From a virus (lineage: Duplodnaviria; Caudoviricetes): a DNA stretch of 64,000 bases. Of this stretch, positions 62,137 to 64,000 are shown piece after piece (within the stretch, counting starts at the first letter, position 1; each line of letters opens with the position of its first letter). The position numbers and the translations under genes were made by a program. The stretch spans positions 4,159 to 68,158 of the IMG/VR virus record IMGVR_UViG_3300005615_000002. One strand, given 5' to 3'. Under the pieces are notes generated by a model, which saw only the letters and a program-made list of their open reading frames with translations, did not search any database and was not told the DNA's origin.

Positions 62137-63236
62137 GTAGTTTAAAGGTCGAAGTTGTCGAAATAGATAATATTGAAGACCATCCAAACGCGGATAGGTT
62201 GGAAATAGCCAAAATCGCAGGTTGGACATGTGTAGTACGAAAAGGAGAATTCAAAGCGGGGGATAAAGTAGTTTATATTCCTATTGATGCAATTCTTAGT
62301 CCAGATGTAGAAACTAAACTATTTCCTGCCGAGTCTAAAGTAAAACTGTCTAGATCACGGGTAAAGACTATTAAGCTACGTGGTGCAATATCACAAGGTG
62401 TTGTTGTATCTTTATCTGAACTAGATTTAGCAGAAACACTACCTGTTGGTACTGATGTTGCAGGGGTTTTAGGTATCACCAAGTATGAGCCTCTAGAAGC
62501 TTCGCAGCCTAATAATACCAAAGGTAATGTAATATCTCCAAAGAAGGGTAATCCAGCTTTTCATAAATACACCGATATAGAAAACTTCAAACATTACAAC
62601 CAGTTATTTGAGCCTGGAGAAATGGTCTATGTAACGGAAAAATTACATGGCACCTCGGCTAGGTATGGCTGGCTTCCTACAGTAGCTAATACTTGGTGGA
62701 AGAAGACTAAACGTTTTTTTGGACTTCTACCTAGGTATGAATTTTGTCTTGGTAGTCGTAATGTACAATTACAAGATAGAAAATATTCTGGGTTTTATCC
62801 AACTGATGTTTATTCCAAGATTGCTAAAGATTTAGATCTTAAATATAGATTGATATATGAAGGGCAAAATCTATCAATATATGGAGAAATTGTAGGCGGT
62901 GGGATTCAGAAAAATTATACATATGGACTTAGTCCAAGTGAGCATGAATTTTATGCTTATGACATTAGTATAAATGGTAAATATCTAGATCCAATTGCTT
63001 TTAGACAAATTTGTGGTTGTATAGGGGTAAAAACTGTTCCACTCCTATATATTGGTCCATATTCTCAAGAAAAAATGAAAGAATTATGTGCTGGAGATTC
63101 AGTTATAGGGGGCCAGAAAATCAGAGAGGGTATAGTAATTAAACCAATTAGAGAAACTACTTGTTATATAGGTCGTAAAGTTTTAAAATACCTTAATGAC
63201 CAGTACTTACTTTCAGATCCAACGGATTTCCACTAA
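62133..63236 (+). CDS. RNA ligase, DRB0094 (Rnl5) family, with N-terminal OB domain
   Basis: HPNADRLE OB domain; TEKLHGTS (KxxG), YGEIVG, FYAYDI, REGIVIK, LKYLN. Confidence 0.9.
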   Translation: MSSLKVEVVEIDNIEDHPNADRLEIAKIAGWTCVVRKGEFKAGDKVVYIPIDAILSPDVETKLFPAESKVKLSRSRVKTIKLRGAISQGVVVSLSELDLAETLPVGTDVAGVLGITKYEPLEASQPNNTKGNVISPKKGNPAFHKYTDIENFKHYNQLFEPGEMVYVTEKLHGTSARYGWLPTVANTWWKKTKRFFGLLPRYEFCLGSRNVQLQDRKYSGFYPTDVYSKIAKDLDLKYRLIYEGQNLSIYGEIVGGGIQKNYTYGLSPSEHEFYAYDISINGKYLDPIAFRQICGCIGVKTVPLLYIGPYSQEKMKELCAGDSVIGGQKIREGIVIKPIRETTCYIGRKVLKYLNDQYLLSDPTDFH

Positions 63237-63517
63237 TGTATATTGCTAGTCTGTTGGATGAAACCGTATATATAACTAGTCCAGAGGTTATAATCAGCAT
63301 TACTTATCCATTTTATTGGATGGCAATTAATGCTTACTCAGGTATAGCTGAATGTTGTAATAGATTTTCTAGAGATCCAGATTTGCATCCAACATTAGAG
63401 CCTAAAATCTATGTTTATGGAGAGATGTATACATGGAAACAGTATCTAAAACGTCTATTACTAACAGCAGAGAAAATAGGCGCCAAAATTCACATTAAAT
63501 CGGTAGAATCTGCTTGA
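63236..63517 (+). CDS. Hypothetical protein
   Basis: 93 aa ORF coupled by TAATG overlap. Confidence 0.6.
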   Translation: MYIASLLDETVYITSPEVIISITYPFYWMAINAYSGIAECCNRFSRDPDLHPTLEPKIYVYGEMYTWKQYLKRLLLTAEKIGAKIHIKSVESA

Positions 63518-64000
63518 AAAAACCTATAATATATTTAATTGGATCTCTTCGTAATCCTGAAATTCCACACATTGCAATTCAATTACGAGATGTTGGTTTT
63601 GAGGTTTACGATGCTTGGTGGAGCGCCTCTGAGGATGCAGATGATTGGTGGCAAAAACACGAACGTCTTAAAGGGAATGATTACAAAAAAGCACTAAATG
63701 GTCATCATGCTACTGATGTCTTTGAAGTAGACAAGAAGCATTTAGACAGGTCTGATTTGGCAGTTCTTGTAATGCCTGCTGGACGTTCAGGACACTTAGA
63801 ATTGGGTTATTTCATTGGTACTGGTAAACCTGGATATGTATTGTTTGACCAAGAACCAGAGCGTTTCGATCTCATGTATAAGTTTTGTGTAGATGTATGT
63901 TTTAGTATAGAAGATTTAAAAACTGTATTGGGGAGGCATGTTCCAAGAGCGGCGATGGACCCTTGCAAGGTTCGTGAGGTGGGTTTGATTCCCACCCTCT
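63514..64000 (+). CDS. Nucleoside 2-deoxyribosyltransferase-like protein (3' end outside window; not in ORF track)
   Basis: TTG start; IYLIGSL, D..HLDRSD..VLVMPAGRSGHLELGYF.G.GKP; no stop before the window end. Confidence 0.75.
   Translation, partial: MKKPIIYLIGSLRNPEIPHIAIQLRDVGFEVYDAWWSASEDADDWWQKHERLKGNDYKKALNGHHATDVFEVDKKHLDRSDLAVLVMPAGRSGHLELGYFIGTGKPGYVLFDQEPERFDLMYKFCVDVCFSIEDLKTVLGRHVPRAAMDPCKVREVGLIPTL
63930..64000 (+). tRNA. tRNA-Ala(UGC), 3' end truncated by window
   Basis: Acceptor GGGGAGG/CCTCT.. with G3-U70; anticodon arm ggacc-ctTGCaa-ggttc; T arm gtggg-tttgatt-cccac; D arm atypical. Confidence 0.7.

Noticed and set aside
265-63995. Many antisense or nested ORFs in the track (for example 265-597, 3338-3682, 10064-10435, 18466-18876, 43895-44263, 54508-54942, 60918-61442)
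   Set aside because: They lie opposite or inside well-supported genes, lack RBS and motifs, and look like shadow frames.
1-64000. CRISPR array, integrase/attP, IS transposase, diversity-generating retroelement
   Set aside because: No repeat-spacer periodicity, recombinase, transposase or RT motifs were seen. The Cas4-like nuclease has no cas neighbours.
1-64000. Alternative genetic code (stop-codon reassignment)
   Set aside because: Long genes are intact under the standard code. The TerL split involves a frame change rather than an in-frame stop.

Overview
The window is part of a double-stranded DNA bacteriophage genome, AT-rich by eye with a few GC-rich genes. It has podovirus-like architecture; I found no tail tube, tape measure, integrase or CRISPR array. 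There are three blocks. (1) 1-12750, + strand: PKD-domain protein, GH-A glycoside hydrolase, a UDG-PolA fusion polymerase, then a dense cluster of glycosyltransferase, methyltransferase and nucleotide-hydrolase genes. (2) 12701-43534, - strand: late operon with a TerS candidate, a terminase large subunit split into separate ATPase and nuclease genes, portal, two signal-peptide-bearing fibre/spike genes, scaffold, major capsid, decoration/adaptor/nozzle proteins, three ejection-type proteins and a lysis module. (3) 44538-64000, + strand: early/middle genes, a tRNA locus, a phiEco32-like peptide-ligase cluster (COOH-NH2 ligase, ATP-grasp, amidoligase, class II GATase), DinG helicase, PD-(D/E)xK nuclease, DRB0094-type RNA ligase, an NDT-like gene and tRNA-Ala. 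The most unusual items are: a tRNA-Ile(GAU) gene split by an HNH plus tRNA(UAU) cassette; a roughly 480-nt highly structured non-coding region with a perfect 29-bp inverted repeat in front of the ligase cluster; the split TerL; fibre-like proteins with Sec signal peptides; and apparent CTG/ATC start codons. All product calls come from motifs read by eye; no database searches or folding programs were run.
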